Assembly (NCBI GenBank): GCA_951812805.1
Contig: CATOSZ010000001.1
Location: 1,600,017 to 1,664,016, forward strand
Source: an uncultured Alphaproteobacteria bacterium
GTDB lineage: Bacteria; Pseudomonadota; Alphaproteobacteria; GCA-2731375
Direction: 5' to 3'
Length of the DNA: 64,000 bases
Shown: positions 9,356 through 18,224 of the stretch, piece after piece
Layout of the letters: each line of letters begins with the position of its first letter
How positions within the stretch are numbered: position 1 is the stretch's first letter
Notes under the pieces: model-generated
What the model was told of the DNA's origin: nothing
What the model saw: only the letters and a program-made list of their open reading frames with translations
Database searches by the model: none
Program-made: the position numbers and the translations under genes

Positions 9356-10384
9356 ATGACCGAGAGCGAGATCCACCAACGCCCCGTAACGGACGCCAGC
9401 GCCTGGACCCGTGCGGAGATCGAGGTCGATACCGGTTGGCTGCATGTCCTGAACGCGGCGGAGATCGAAGATCTCGACCGTGCCCTACAGGGGGTACGCG
9501 GCTGGGCGGGAAAACTGTCCGACCTCTCGCGCGGAGACTTTCCGCTGCCGGTTTTGGCGCCGCGGCTCGCCGTGCTCGAGGCCGAGGTGCGCGCGGGGCG
9601 CGGCTTCGCGTTGCTGCGCGGCATCCCGGTCGAACGCTACGACGTCGACGACCTGTTCGTGATGAAATGGGGCATCGGCACGCATCTCGGTCGGGCGATA
9701 TCGCAGAACGTCTATGGCGACGTCCTGGGCCATGTCTTCGATCATGGCAACGAGGATCCGACGGCGACGCGAACGCGCGGCTATCAGACGAGCGGCGCGC
9801 TCGATTTTCATGTCGACCGGGCCGACATGACCTCGCTGCTCTGCGTGCGCCAGGGACGCTCGGGCGGGTTGAGCCGGATCGTCAGTTCGATGTCGGTGCA
9901 TAACGCCATTCTCGCCGCGCACCCGGAATACCTGCCCCCGCTCTATGAGGGCCTGCCCTACATCGTGACCGAGGCCGCCGGCGCCATGAAGACCTGGAAC
10001 GGGCCGGTGTTCGACGTGACCGACGGCGTGTTGAGCTGTTCGTTCCGCCGCGGCACCATCCAGAAGGCGATCGATACGCCGGGCGTCGAGCTGGCGCCCC
10101 CGAAGGCGGCGGCGCTCGCCTGTATCGACGAGGCCATGAACGACCCCGCGCTGGTCTACACCATGGTGCTGCAGCCGGGAGACATCCAGTTCGTGAACAA
10201 CTACACGGTGCTGCACGGCCGCACCGCCTTCGTCGACGGCCCGGACGCGGGCAAGCAGCGCCATGTGGTCCGGCTGTGGCTGAAGTTCCTCACGCCGCGG
10301 CCGGCCAGCGCCTATATCCAGGACCAGTACAAGGGTATCGCGAAGCGGCTGGAGCAGAACCCGGCGGGCTATCGAACGCAGTAG
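9356..10384 (+). CDS. TauD/TfdA-family Fe(II)/2-oxoglutarate-dependent dioxygenase
   Basis: 342 aa with an HxD…H facial triad context (FHVDRAD…, VLHGRTAF). Typical length and sequence character for taurine-dioxygenase-like enzymes. Confidence 0.85.
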   Translation: MTESEIHQRPVTDASAWTRAEIEVDTGWLHVLNAAEIEDLDRALQGVRGWAGKLSDLSRGDFPLPVLAPRLAVLEAEVRAGRGFALLRGIPVERYDVDDLFVMKWGIGTHLGRAISQNVYGDVLGHVFDHGNEDPTATRTRGYQTSGALDFHVDRADMTSLLCVRQGRSGGLSRIVSSMSVHNAILAAHPEYLPPLYEGLPYIVTEAAGAMKTWNGPVFDVTDGVLSCSFRRGTIQKAIDTPGVELAPPKAAALACIDEAMNDPALVYTMVLQPGDIQFVNNYTVLHGRTAFVDGPDAGKQRHVVRLWLKFLTPRPASAYIQDQYKGIAKRLEQNPAGYRTQ

Positions 10385-10397
10385 GCCGTGGCGGCGC

Positions 10398-10715
10398 TCA
10401 GGCCGGATCGGGGCGGTTCTTCTCGAAACCGGACCGGTACTCGGGATAGAGGCCGCAAATCTCCGCCCAGCCGATATAGCGCCCGTCGGAATAGCTCGTG
10501 ATGCCATCGGCGGCGGTGATGTCGGGGTTGTTCTTCGCCGCCGCCTCCGGGCCGCCCTGCAAGAAAACCCAGAAGCAGACGACGGCGAGGCTTTCCGCGT
10601 CGCGCGCGCGACAGGCCGCGCAAATCGAATAGGCGGTCGGCGCAATGCCGCTGTCGACAACCGTCCCGGGCCCCCGGCCGCAGACCGCGCAGGTGCCATT
10701 CGCCTCGGTTTCCAT
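10398..10715 (-). CDS. Small Cys-rich hypothetical protein (CxxC…CxxC, zinc-ribbon-like)
   Basis: 105-aa ORF with high GC3 containing CAVCG…CAAC. No recognisable family. Confidence 0.35.
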   Translation of the reverse strand: METEANGTCAVCGRGPGTVVDSGIAPTAYSICAACRARDAESLAVVCFWVFLQGGPEAAAKNNPDITAADGITSYSDGRYIGWAEICGLYPEYRSGFEKNRPDPA

Positions 10716-10823
10716 AGCTGTTCCCCGTCCCCGTGCCGCAACGCCTTGGTGCTACAGTCCGCTGGAATGTTAATCGAAGCCGGCCCGATGTCGAAAACGG
10801 GGCGGTGGGGGGAGGAGACGGAG

Positions 10824-11615
10824 ATGGATTTTGCGAGTTACCAGCGCCTCGGATTCGAGCGGCGGGGCCGCGAGCTTCGGGTCAGCATCGACAACGGGCG
10901 GATGAACGCCGTCGACTTTGAGATGCACGAGGAACTGGCACGGGTTTTCCCGGAGTTGCAGGGCGATGCGGAGAGCGACCTGATCGTGCTGACCGGGGCG
11001 GGTCGCGCCTTCTGCGCCGGCGGCGACATGGACTGGTTCCAGGCGATGATCGACGATCCGGCGCTGTTCCGCGGCATCGCCAACGACGCCAAGAAGATCG
11101 TCAACGGCCTGCTGGAGCTGGAGAAGCCGATCCTGTGCCGGCTGAACGGGGCGGCGGCGGGGCTCGGCGCGTCCATCGCGTTGCTCTGCGACGTCATCGT
11201 CGCCGACGAGACGGCGAAGATCGGCGATCCCCACGTCAAGGTCGGGCTGGTGGCCGGCGACGGTGGCGCCGTGATCTGGCCACAGCTGATCGGCTTCGCC
11301 CGGGCGAAGGAGATGCTGTTGACCGGCGACATGATCACCGGGGCGGAAGCCGCCGCCATGGGCCTGGTCAACCATGCCGTGCCGGCCGACCGGCTCGACG
11401 CCAAGACCGATGAGATCGTCGCCAAGATCCTCGGCAATCCCCGCTGGGCGGTGCGCTGGACCAAGACGGCGGTCAACCTGGTGCTGCGCGACGTCGCCAA
11501 CCGGGTGATGGACGCGGCGATCGCCTACGAGATCAGCTCCAACGCCACCGCCGACCGGCAGGAGGCGGTGACCGCCTTCGTCGAGAAACGCGCGCCGAAC
11601 TTCACCGGCGATTGA
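10824..11615 (+). CDS. Enoyl-CoA hydratase/isomerase (crotonase) family protein
   Basis: Crotonase fold motifs (FCAGGDM, LNGAAAGLGASIALLCDVIVA). ATG at 10824 is preceded by GGGGAGGAG. Confidence 0.85.
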   Translation: MDFASYQRLGFERRGRELRVSIDNGRMNAVDFEMHEELARVFPELQGDAESDLIVLTGAGRAFCAGGDMDWFQAMIDDPALFRGIANDAKKIVNGLLELEKPILCRLNGAAAGLGASIALLCDVIVADETAKIGDPHVKVGLVAGDGGAVIWPQLIGFARAKEMLLTGDMITGAEAAAMGLVNHAVPADRLDAKTDEIVAKILGNPRWAVRWTKTAVNLVLRDVANRVMDAAIAYEISSNATADRQEAVTAFVEKRAPNFTGD

Positions 11616-11687
11616 GGCGAGGAGCGCGAACGTGCGCCGACCGATCCGCAAGGACCCCGCCGGACGCCGGCCCGGCCGGCCCCAGGG

Positions 11688-12898
11688 GTGACGCCCGTCC
11701 GACTGATCGCCACCATGTGCGTGGTGCAGGTGCTGGGGATGTTGAGCTTCTCGAGCTTCCCGGCCCTGCTGCCGATGTTCCTGGACGAATGGTCGCTCAG
11801 CGGTACGGAGGCGGGCTGGCTCTCCGGCCTGTTCTTCGTCGGCTATATGGCGGCGGTGCCGCTGCTGGGCGCGGCGACGGACCGGATCGACGCCCGCATC
11901 GTCTATCTCGCCTCGACCGCGCTCGGCGGTGCGGCGATCCTCGGCTTCGCGGTGCTGGCCGAGGGGTTCTGGAGCGCGGCACCGCTCCGCGTGCTGGCCG
12001 GCGCCGCGCTCGCCGGGACCTACATGCCGGGCCTCAAGGCGCTCACCGACAGGATCGAGGACGCGCGCGCGGAAACCCGCGCCGTCACCTTCTACACATC
12101 GTCCTTCGCGATCGGCGTTTCCGTCTCCTACCTGTTGGCCGGCGAAATCGCCCGGGACTTCGGCTGGCGCTGGGCCTTCGCCCTGCCGGCCTGCTGACTT
12201 CGGTCAGTTTTGTCGTCGCCTGGATCGTCTTGCGGCCGAAACCGGTCGCGCGGCCCGTCGGCCACCGCCTCGACTTTCTCGATTTCCGCCCGGTCCTCAC
12301 CAACCGGCGGACCATGGCTTACGTCTTCGCCTACGCCGCCCACAACTGGGAGCTTTTCGGCATGCGGGCCTGGATCGTCGCCTTCCTCGCCTTCGCGGCG
12401 GCGCGCGCGCCCGGCGGCGAAGCGCCCTTCATCGCCGCCACGACGGTGGCCGCCCTGGTCGGCCTGCTCGGCATGCCGGCGAACGTGCTCGGCAACGAGT
12501 TGGCGCTTCGCTTTGGACGTGCGCGGGTGATCCCGGTGTTCATGGTGATCTCGGTGCTGGTTTGCGGCGGAATCGGCTTTTCCGCCGGCCTGGCCTACGG
12601 CGTGGTGGTCGGCCTCTGCCTGCTGCACGGCGTGACCGCAACCTGGGAGAGCGCGGCGGTGACGTCCGGGGCGGTGCAATCGGCCGAGCGGTCGCGCCGG
12701 GGCGCCACCATGGCGGTGCACACCTTCATCGGCCTCGGCATCGCCGTCCTCGGCGCCGCCGTGCCCGGCATCGCCCTCGATCTCGGTGGTGGGCCGGAGA
12801 GCGCGGTGGCCTGGCGCTGGACCTGGATTACCATCGCCGCCGGCGCCGCCTTCGGGCCGCTGGCGTTGCGGTTGTTGCCTCGCGAAGATATCAGTTGA
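11688..12898 (+). pseudogene. MFS transporter, interrupted by a frameshift near 12185-12195
   Basis: The N-terminal half (11688-12197: MTPVRLIATMCVVQVLGML…GWRWAFALPAC*) and the C-terminal half (frame of 11612..12898: …LLTSVSFVVAWIVL…LRLLPREDIS) form one 12-TM MFS protein only if a 1-nt shift is introduced around 'gccctgccggcctgctgacttcg'. Confidence 0.6.
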
Positions 12899-12981
12899 TT
12901 AATAAATATATAATCTTGACCACGACTATAATGTTTCTTAAAGTTGCAGATCTAACCCTAATTCATATGGAGAGTAGAATC

Positions 12982-13395
12982 ATGCGTCGCTTAACCAGCC
13001 TTTCCACCCTTCTGATATTCCTGCTGTGGGCACCGATGGCCGTGAATGCCGCGTCGGACTCCCTTAAGCTCGTGGCGGGTCAGACGTGGGTCAATCAGAG
13101 TGGATCGACATTGACGATCACCGGCTACGGGGCGAACAACTCGTTCACCGGCTATTACATCAACCGGGCGGCCGGCTTCGGCTGTCAAAACACGCAGTAC
13201 CCGGTTTCGGGCTGGGTGAACGGCTTCACGATCGGTTGGTCGGTCAACTGGGCCAACAGCACCCAGAACTGCGGTTCCGTCACCGCCTGGGCCGGATACT
13301 ATAGTTCGGCATCGGGCCAGATCCTCACCAAATGGAGCCTCGCGACGTCCGCCCCGGACATCATCGTCGGCGGCGACACGTTTACGGCGCAATAG
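12982..13395 (+). CDS. Avidin/streptavidin-family biotin-binding protein (rhizavidin/bradavidin-like), secreted
   Basis: Signal peptide (MRRLTSLSTLLIFLLWAPMAVNA). Core WVNQSGSTLTITG…GYYINRAAGFGCQNTQYPVSGWVNGFTIGWSVNWANSTQNCGSVTAWAGYY…ILTKWSLAT…GGDTFTAQ matches avidin-family beta-barrel strands and the rhizavidin Cys pair. Sits in a low-GC islet with a GGAGAG RBS. Confidence 0.8.
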   Translation: MRRLTSLSTLLIFLLWAPMAVNAASDSLKLVAGQTWVNQSGSTLTITGYGANNSFTGYYINRAAGFGCQNTQYPVSGWVNGFTIGWSVNWANSTQNCGSVTAWAGYYSSASGQILTKWSLATSAPDIIVGGDTFTAQ

Positions 13396-13436
13396 GTGGT
13401 TATCGGACCGGGCGGTCGCAGCCGCTCGGTCCGGGA

Positions 13437-13916
13437 CTACAAGGGAAAGACCAGCAGGACGTCCACGCGACGGCTTTCCAGGATCACCCGGCGTTCCGCC
13501 AGGCGCGGTGCGCCGTCCTCGAGGACGATGCGATCCAGGTATTTGCCGACCGCGAACAGCTCGCTCGCGCCGTCCTGCATAGTGCGCACCACGGTGAAAT
13601 TGGTCCGCGCCGTGATGCCTGCGCCGTTGGACGAGAGGGCCGAGCGGCTCAGCATGTGACAATAGGTGTGCGGCTCGAAGATGTTGGCGGTGCGCAGAGC
13701 TAAAATCCGGTCCGACATCATCGCCCGGCTCTCGCAATAGAAAATACCGAGCGGCAGGCCCGCCTCGTGGTTCTCCCGCGTGGTGATCTGATAGACCGCG
13801 TCCTCGGTGAAGTATCCGGGCCAGGCTTCCAGGTCGCCGTCGTCGATGGCGTGCGCATAGGCGAGGAGGAAATCCTCAATTCTTCCCCGCGTTCCGGGCT
13901 CGATTCCCTCGCTCAC
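13437..13916 (-). CDS. Aromatic ring-hydroxylating dioxygenase beta (small) subunit
   Basis: 159 aa, SnoaL-like small-subunit pattern. GTG start overlaps the alpha-subunit stop (GTGA). Confidence 0.8.
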   Translation of the reverse strand: MSEGIEPGTRGRIEDFLLAYAHAIDDGDLEAWPGYFTEDAVYQITTRENHEAGLPLGIFYCESRAMMSDRILALRTANIFEPHTYCHMLSRSALSSNGAGITARTNFTVVRTMQDGASELFAVGKYLDRIVLEDGAPRLAERRVILESRRVDVLLVFPL

Positions 13917-15172
13917 GCCTCGATCCCCATGATGCGGCGATAGCCGGTCCAGAAGCCGCGGATCGCGACCTCGGTGGCACGGCTGGCGTCGCTCGATTCG
14001 ACGTCGCGACCGCCCATTTCGATGAAGGCGTTGCGATCCCCGCTGCCGGCCGTGCCGCGCTGCACAAACTCGTTGATGCAGCCGTCCTCCAGGCTGACCA
14101 GGCCGGCGGCGCCGGTCAGGTTGCCCTGCATCACCCGCATGGCGGTCTTCGCTTCGTCGTCGTCGTCATAGCCGAGGTAGTGCCAGAACAGCTCCGTCTG
14201 ATCGACGCCGCGCGGCGCGAAATAGCGCACGCAGAGCGAATTCAAGGTGAAGTGGATGCCGAGATTGGGGAATACCGCCTGAATCGAATGGGTGATGCCG
14301 TCGTCGAATTCGTCCCAGGCGTCCAGCAGCTCCGGGCCTTCCAGCTTGGAATCGAACTGGTCCGAGTGGACGTCCGCCTTCTGGTATTCCTCCGCCTCGT
14401 CGAAGGTGGCGCGCTTGGCGTAGCTCACGTGGTGCCATTTGTCGTCGGCCATGATGATGCCGCCGTCCATGTCGAGGCGGTTGATCTTGAAGGTCGTGTA
14501 GAAGGTGTGCAGCAGGGTCGCGTGATAGGAATCGCGCAAGTTCTCCGCATAGAGCTTCCAGTTGTTGTGGATGATCTGGCTATGCATGCCGAGGCGGTGC
14601 AGGGGTCGGTCGAGGTTGCGGCGGATGAACTTGCTCATCACCGGGCCGAGGTAGCTTTCGACCGAGGGCATGTCGGGATCGAAGGTGCCGAAGACCAGGC
14701 CGGAAAACACCTCGACGCGGATCGGCTCCATGCGATGGCGGGCGAGATCGAAGTCTTCCGGCATGCCGCCCTTGCCCCGGAGGCCATGGCGAAAGGCCAG
14801 GCCCTTCAGACGCCCGCCCATGTCGTAGGTCCAGGAGTGATAGACGCAAGTCAGCATCTTGGCGTTGCCGCGTTCCTTCAGGCAGACCAGGGCGCCCTTG
14901 TGGGCGCAACGGTTGATCAGGCCGTGCACCTCGCCCTCCTCGTCCCGGGTGACGACGATCGGCACCTCGCCGACGTGGGTCGTCTTGAAGTCGCCCGGGT
15001 TCGGGATGTCGATCTCGAGACAGAGAAAATTCCACACCGGCCCGCGAAAGATCCGCTCCTGCTCCAACCGATAGATCTCCGGGTCGGAGAACAGGCGGAA
15101 GGGAATGCGCGTCACGCCCTCCTCCGGCCAGACCAGGGGTTCGCTCAACTCGTCGATTGCCGCGATGCTCAT
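13913..15172 (-). CDS. Rieske non-heme iron ring-hydroxylating dioxygenase alpha (large) subunit
   Basis: Rieske motif CAHKG…CVYHSW, followed by a mononuclear-iron catalytic-domain-like C-terminal half. 419 aa. Confidence 0.9.
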   Translation of the reverse strand: MSIAAIDELSEPLVWPEEGVTRIPFRLFSDPEIYRLEQERIFRGPVWNFLCLEIDIPNPGDFKTTHVGEVPIVVTRDEEGEVHGLINRCAHKGALVCLKERGNAKMLTCVYHSWTYDMGGRLKGLAFRHGLRGKGGMPEDFDLARHRMEPIRVEVFSGLVFGTFDPDMPSVESYLGPVMSKFIRRNLDRPLHRLGMHSQIIHNNWKLYAENLRDSYHATLLHTFYTTFKINRLDMDGGIIMADDKWHHVSYAKRATFDEAEEYQKADVHSDQFDSKLEGPELLDAWDEFDDGITHSIQAVFPNLGIHFTLNSLCVRYFAPRGVDQTELFWHYLGYDDDDEAKTAMRVMQGNLTGAAGLVSLEDGCINEFVQRGTAGSGDRNAFIEMGGRDVESSDASRATEVAIRGFWTGYRRIMGIEA

Positions 15173-15252
15173 GGCGGGGGCTCTCCAGTCGTCTCAAGTC
15201 GCCGGCATTATAGGAAAGGCGGGCGCGGGGTCGAGTTTGCTCCGCCGCTATT

Positions 15253-16962
15253 TCACCCGCCACCTTTCGGCAGGCCGCCGCCGGGGCGTGAGGCGCGGAT
15301 GGCGTGGCTCAGCAGGATGACCGGCAGGATGCCGACGACGACGATGGTGAGCGCCCAAAGGCCGCATTCCTCGAAGCGTTCGTCGCTGGCGTATTCGTAG
15401 ATCCGGGTGGCGAGCGTCGAGAAATTGAACGGGCGCAGAATCAAGGTCGCCGGCAGTTCCTTCATCACGTCAACGAAGACGAGGAGGGCGGCGGTCAGCA
15501 CGCCGCCGCGGATCAACGGCAGATGGACCGAGACGAGGGTCCCGCCCAGGCCGCGCCCCAGCGTGCGGCTGGCGCCGTCCATGTTCTGGGTCACCCGGCC
15601 GAGGCTCGCCTCGATGGTGCCGAAGGAGAGGGCGAGGAAGCGAACCAGGTAGGCGAAGCCGACGGCGACGACGGTGCCGCTCAACACCAGGCCGAAGGTG
15701 ATGCCGAAGACCGCCTCGCCGACGTCGTTCAGGACATGGTCGGCCCAGGCGAAGGGCATCAACACGCCGACGGCGATGATCGAGCCCGGCACCGCATAGC
15801 CGGTGCTGGCCAGCCGCACGGCGAGCGAGAGGCCGCGGCCGGCGCCTGCGATGCGCATGGCATAGGCGAGGTAGAGGCCGACGGCGACGGCGAGCGCCGC
15901 CGCGCCCGCCGCGAGCGCCAGCGTCGTCACGATGTCGGAGACGTAGTCCTCGACCCGGGCCAGCGCCACGGACTCGAGCGTCCAGCCGGCCAGCACCAGG
16001 GCCGGCAGGACGAAGCCGAGGATCAGCGGCGCGGCGCAGGCGGTTTGCGCGGCGAGCGCGCGCAGCCCGGTGAGCCGATAACCCGGCAGGGTCCGATAGC
16101 GGCGCGAGGTCTGGTGATAGCGGCGTTGGCGGCGGGAATGACGCTCCAGCGCCAGCACCGCCAGGACGAAGACCAGCAGCAGGCAGGCGAGCTGGGCCGC
16201 CGCCGGCGCGTTGTGCATGCCGAGCCAGACGTCGTAGATGCCGGTCGTGAAGGTGGTGACGGCGAACTGGCGGACGGCGCCGAAATCGTTCAACACCTCC
16301 ATCAGTGCCAGTGCCAGCCCGACGGCGATCGCCGGACGGGCGAGCGGCAGGGCGGTGGTGAGGAAGCCGCGCCAGGGCCCGCGGCCGAGCGTCCGGCTGA
16401 CCTCAAGGGCGCAGACCGACTGGTCGAGGAAGGCGGCGCGGGACAGCAGAAAGACATAGGGATAGAGCACGAGACTAAGGACGATCATGGCGCCCGGCAG
16501 GGAGCGGATCTCCGGGAACCAGTAGTCCCTGGGCGTTTGCCAGCCGGCGAGTTCGCGCAGCATCCCCTGCAGCGGGCCGGCGTATTCCAGCATCTCGACA
16601 TAGACGATGGCGATGACATATGTCGGCATGGCGAGCGGCAGCAGCAAGGCCCACTCGAACAGGCGGGAGCCCGGAAACCGGCACATGGTGACGAGCCAGG
16701 CCGTGCCGACACCGATCAGCACGACGCCGAGCCCGACGCCGAGCAGCAGGCCGGCCGTATTGAAAATATAGCCGGCGAGGACCGTTTCGGCGAGATGGGC
16801 GAAGGCGCCGCCGCTCGAGCGGAGCGCCAGGGTGGCGACGGCGATCAGCGGCAACGCGACCATGGCGGCGACCAGGAAGGCGCCGAGCGTCAGGCCGAGG
16901 CGGCCGGCGTCGCGCGCGGGCAGCCGCGCCGTCGATCCCGCCCCCTCGTCCAGCACCGCCAT
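15253..16962 (-). CDS. Iron(III) ABC transporter permease (FbpB-like, duplicated permease domains)
   Basis: 569 aa, about 12 TM, with two ABC-permease EAA-like regions. It lies adjacent to a periplasmic Fe3+-binding protein gene. Confidence 0.9.
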   Translation of the reverse strand: MAVLDEGAGSTARLPARDAGRLGLTLGAFLVAAMVALPLIAVATLALRSSGGAFAHLAETVLAGYIFNTAGLLLGVGLGVVLIGVGTAWLVTMCRFPGSRLFEWALLLPLAMPTYVIAIVYVEMLEYAGPLQGMLRELAGWQTPRDYWFPEIRSLPGAMIVLSLVLYPYVFLLSRAAFLDQSVCALEVSRTLGRGPWRGFLTTALPLARPAIAVGLALALMEVLNDFGAVRQFAVTTFTTGIYDVWLGMHNAPAAAQLACLLLVFVLAVLALERHSRRQRRYHQTSRRYRTLPGYRLTGLRALAAQTACAAPLILGFVLPALVLAGWTLESVALARVEDYVSDIVTTLALAAGAAALAVAVGLYLAYAMRIAGAGRGLSLAVRLASTGYAVPGSIIAVGVLMPFAWADHVLNDVGEAVFGITFGLVLSGTVVAVGFAYLVRFLALSFGTIEASLGRVTQNMDGASRTLGRGLGGTLVSVHLPLIRGGVLTAALLVFVDVMKELPATLILRPFNFSTLATRIYEYASDERFEECGLWALTIVVVGILPVILLSHAIRASRPGGGLPKGGG

Positions 16963-16974
16963 CGTGCGCGCCGC

Positions 16975-18045
16975 CTACTCGAAGCCGACCCGGTCGAAGA
17001 TGCGCAAGGCCTCCGGCGCCCGTTCGGCGATGCCCTGCAGGTTCTCGTCGTCGGGGCGAAAGCGGCCCCAGGAGGCGACCTCCGGGTTCCAGGGCACCGC
17101 CGGATTGACCGGATATTCGTAGTTGCTCGCGGCGTAGATCGCCTGCGCCTCGGGCCCGGCGAGGAATTCCATCAGCTTGCGGGCGGCGGCGGCGTTGGGC
17201 GCGCTCTTGGTCATCGCCATGCCGGAGAGATTGACGTGGGTGCCCCGGTCGCTCTGGTTCGGGAAGATCAGGCCGACGGCGGCGGCCCATTCCTTCTGCT
17301 CCGGCCGTTTGTCGTTGAACTTCATGACGCCGTAGTAATAGTGGTTGCCGATCGCCACGTCGCATAGGCCTTCCTTGATCGCCTTCACCTGGCCCCGGTC
17401 GCCGCCCTGCGGCTTGCGGGCGAGGTTGGCGCGCAAGCCTCGCGCCCAGGCCTCCGCCGTCTCCGCGCCGGCGGCAACGATGATGGAGGCCAGCAGCGCC
17501 TGGTTGTAATAATGGCGGGAGGAGCGCACGCAGACCCGTTCGCGCCACTTGGGATCGGCCAGGTCCTCGTAGCGGGTGATCGCATCTTCGGCGACCCGCG
17601 CCTTGGCGTAATAGATCACCCGCGCGCGCATGGTGAGGCCGAACCAGAGGTCGCCCGGATGGCGGTAGGCGGCGGGAATGGCGGCCCGCAGGCTGTCGGA
17701 GGGGACCGGGCGGGCGAGATCCGCCTCGACCAGGGCGTTGAGACGGGCGATGTCGGAGGTCAACACCAGGTCGGCCGGGCTGTGTCGGCCCTCGGCCTTC
17801 AGCCGCTCGATCATGCCGGTCTTGGCGAAGACGACGTTGACCTCGATACCGGTTTCGGCCGTGAACCGGTCGAGCAGGGGACGGATCAGGAATTCCTGGC
17901 GGTAGGAATAGACGTTGACCTCTTCGGCTTGCGCCGCGGACAGGACAAGCGGCGGGGCGATCAGGGCGCACAGCAGCGCCACCAACAGTCCACGGCCGAA
18001 CCCCCTTCGCGATGCGGATTTCCGCGCCTTCGATCGACTTGGCAT
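16975..18045 (-). CDS. Fe(3+) ABC transporter periplasmic substrate-binding protein (FbpA/AfuA-like)
   Basis: SBP fold with signal peptide (…RGLLVALLCALIAPPLVLSAAQA). ATG at 18045 is preceded by GAGG. Alternative ATGs exist at 18063 and 18093. Confidence 0.85.
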   Translation of the reverse strand: MPSRSKARKSASRRGFGRGLLVALLCALIAPPLVLSAAQAEEVNVYSYRQEFLIRPLLDRFTAETGIEVNVVFAKTGMIERLKAEGRHSPADLVLTSDIARLNALVEADLARPVPSDSLRAAIPAAYRHPGDLWFGLTMRARVIYYAKARVAEDAITRYEDLADPKWRERVCVRSSRHYYNQALLASIIVAAGAETAEAWARGLRANLARKPQGGDRGQVKAIKEGLCDVAIGNHYYYGVMKFNDKRPEQKEWAAAVGLIFPNQSDRGTHVNLSGMAMTKSAPNAAAARKLMEFLAGPEAQAIYAASNYEYPVNPAVPWNPEVASWGRFRPDDENLQGIAERAPEALRIFDRVGFE

Positions 18046-18067
18046 GTCTGAACCTCGGGTCATGGTT

Positions 18068-18118
18068 CCCAGTCCCGGTTTTGAGAATGACAATCATTCT
18101 CAAAACCGGGACTGGGAA
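18068..18118. promoter_or_regulatory. Perfect 23-bp-arm palindrome with Fur-box-like core (GAGAATGACAATCATTCTC) upstream of the Fe3+ ABC transporter genes
   Basis: cccagtcccggttttgagaatga caatc attctcaaaaccgggactggg. The core resembles the Fur consensus GATAATGATAATCATTATC. Confidence 0.45.
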
Positions 18119-18224
18119 ATTATCCTGACACCGTCATTTTGCGCAAGCCATATGGCAGGCCTGCGACAATGATGCGCAGTGTGACGTGTGATCGGGCGGC
18201 TTCGGTGGCGAGGCGGGCCGGCGG

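Noticed and set aside
10369-10623. 84-aa minus ORF overlapping the small Cys-rich gene in another frame
   Set aside because: Arg/Gly-rich low-complexity translation. The alternative frame (10398-10715) has the more protein-like composition.
15304-17367. 687-aa plus-strand ORF
   Set aside because: Antisense to the ABC permease and binding protein genes, with an Asp/Gly/Arg-rich translation.
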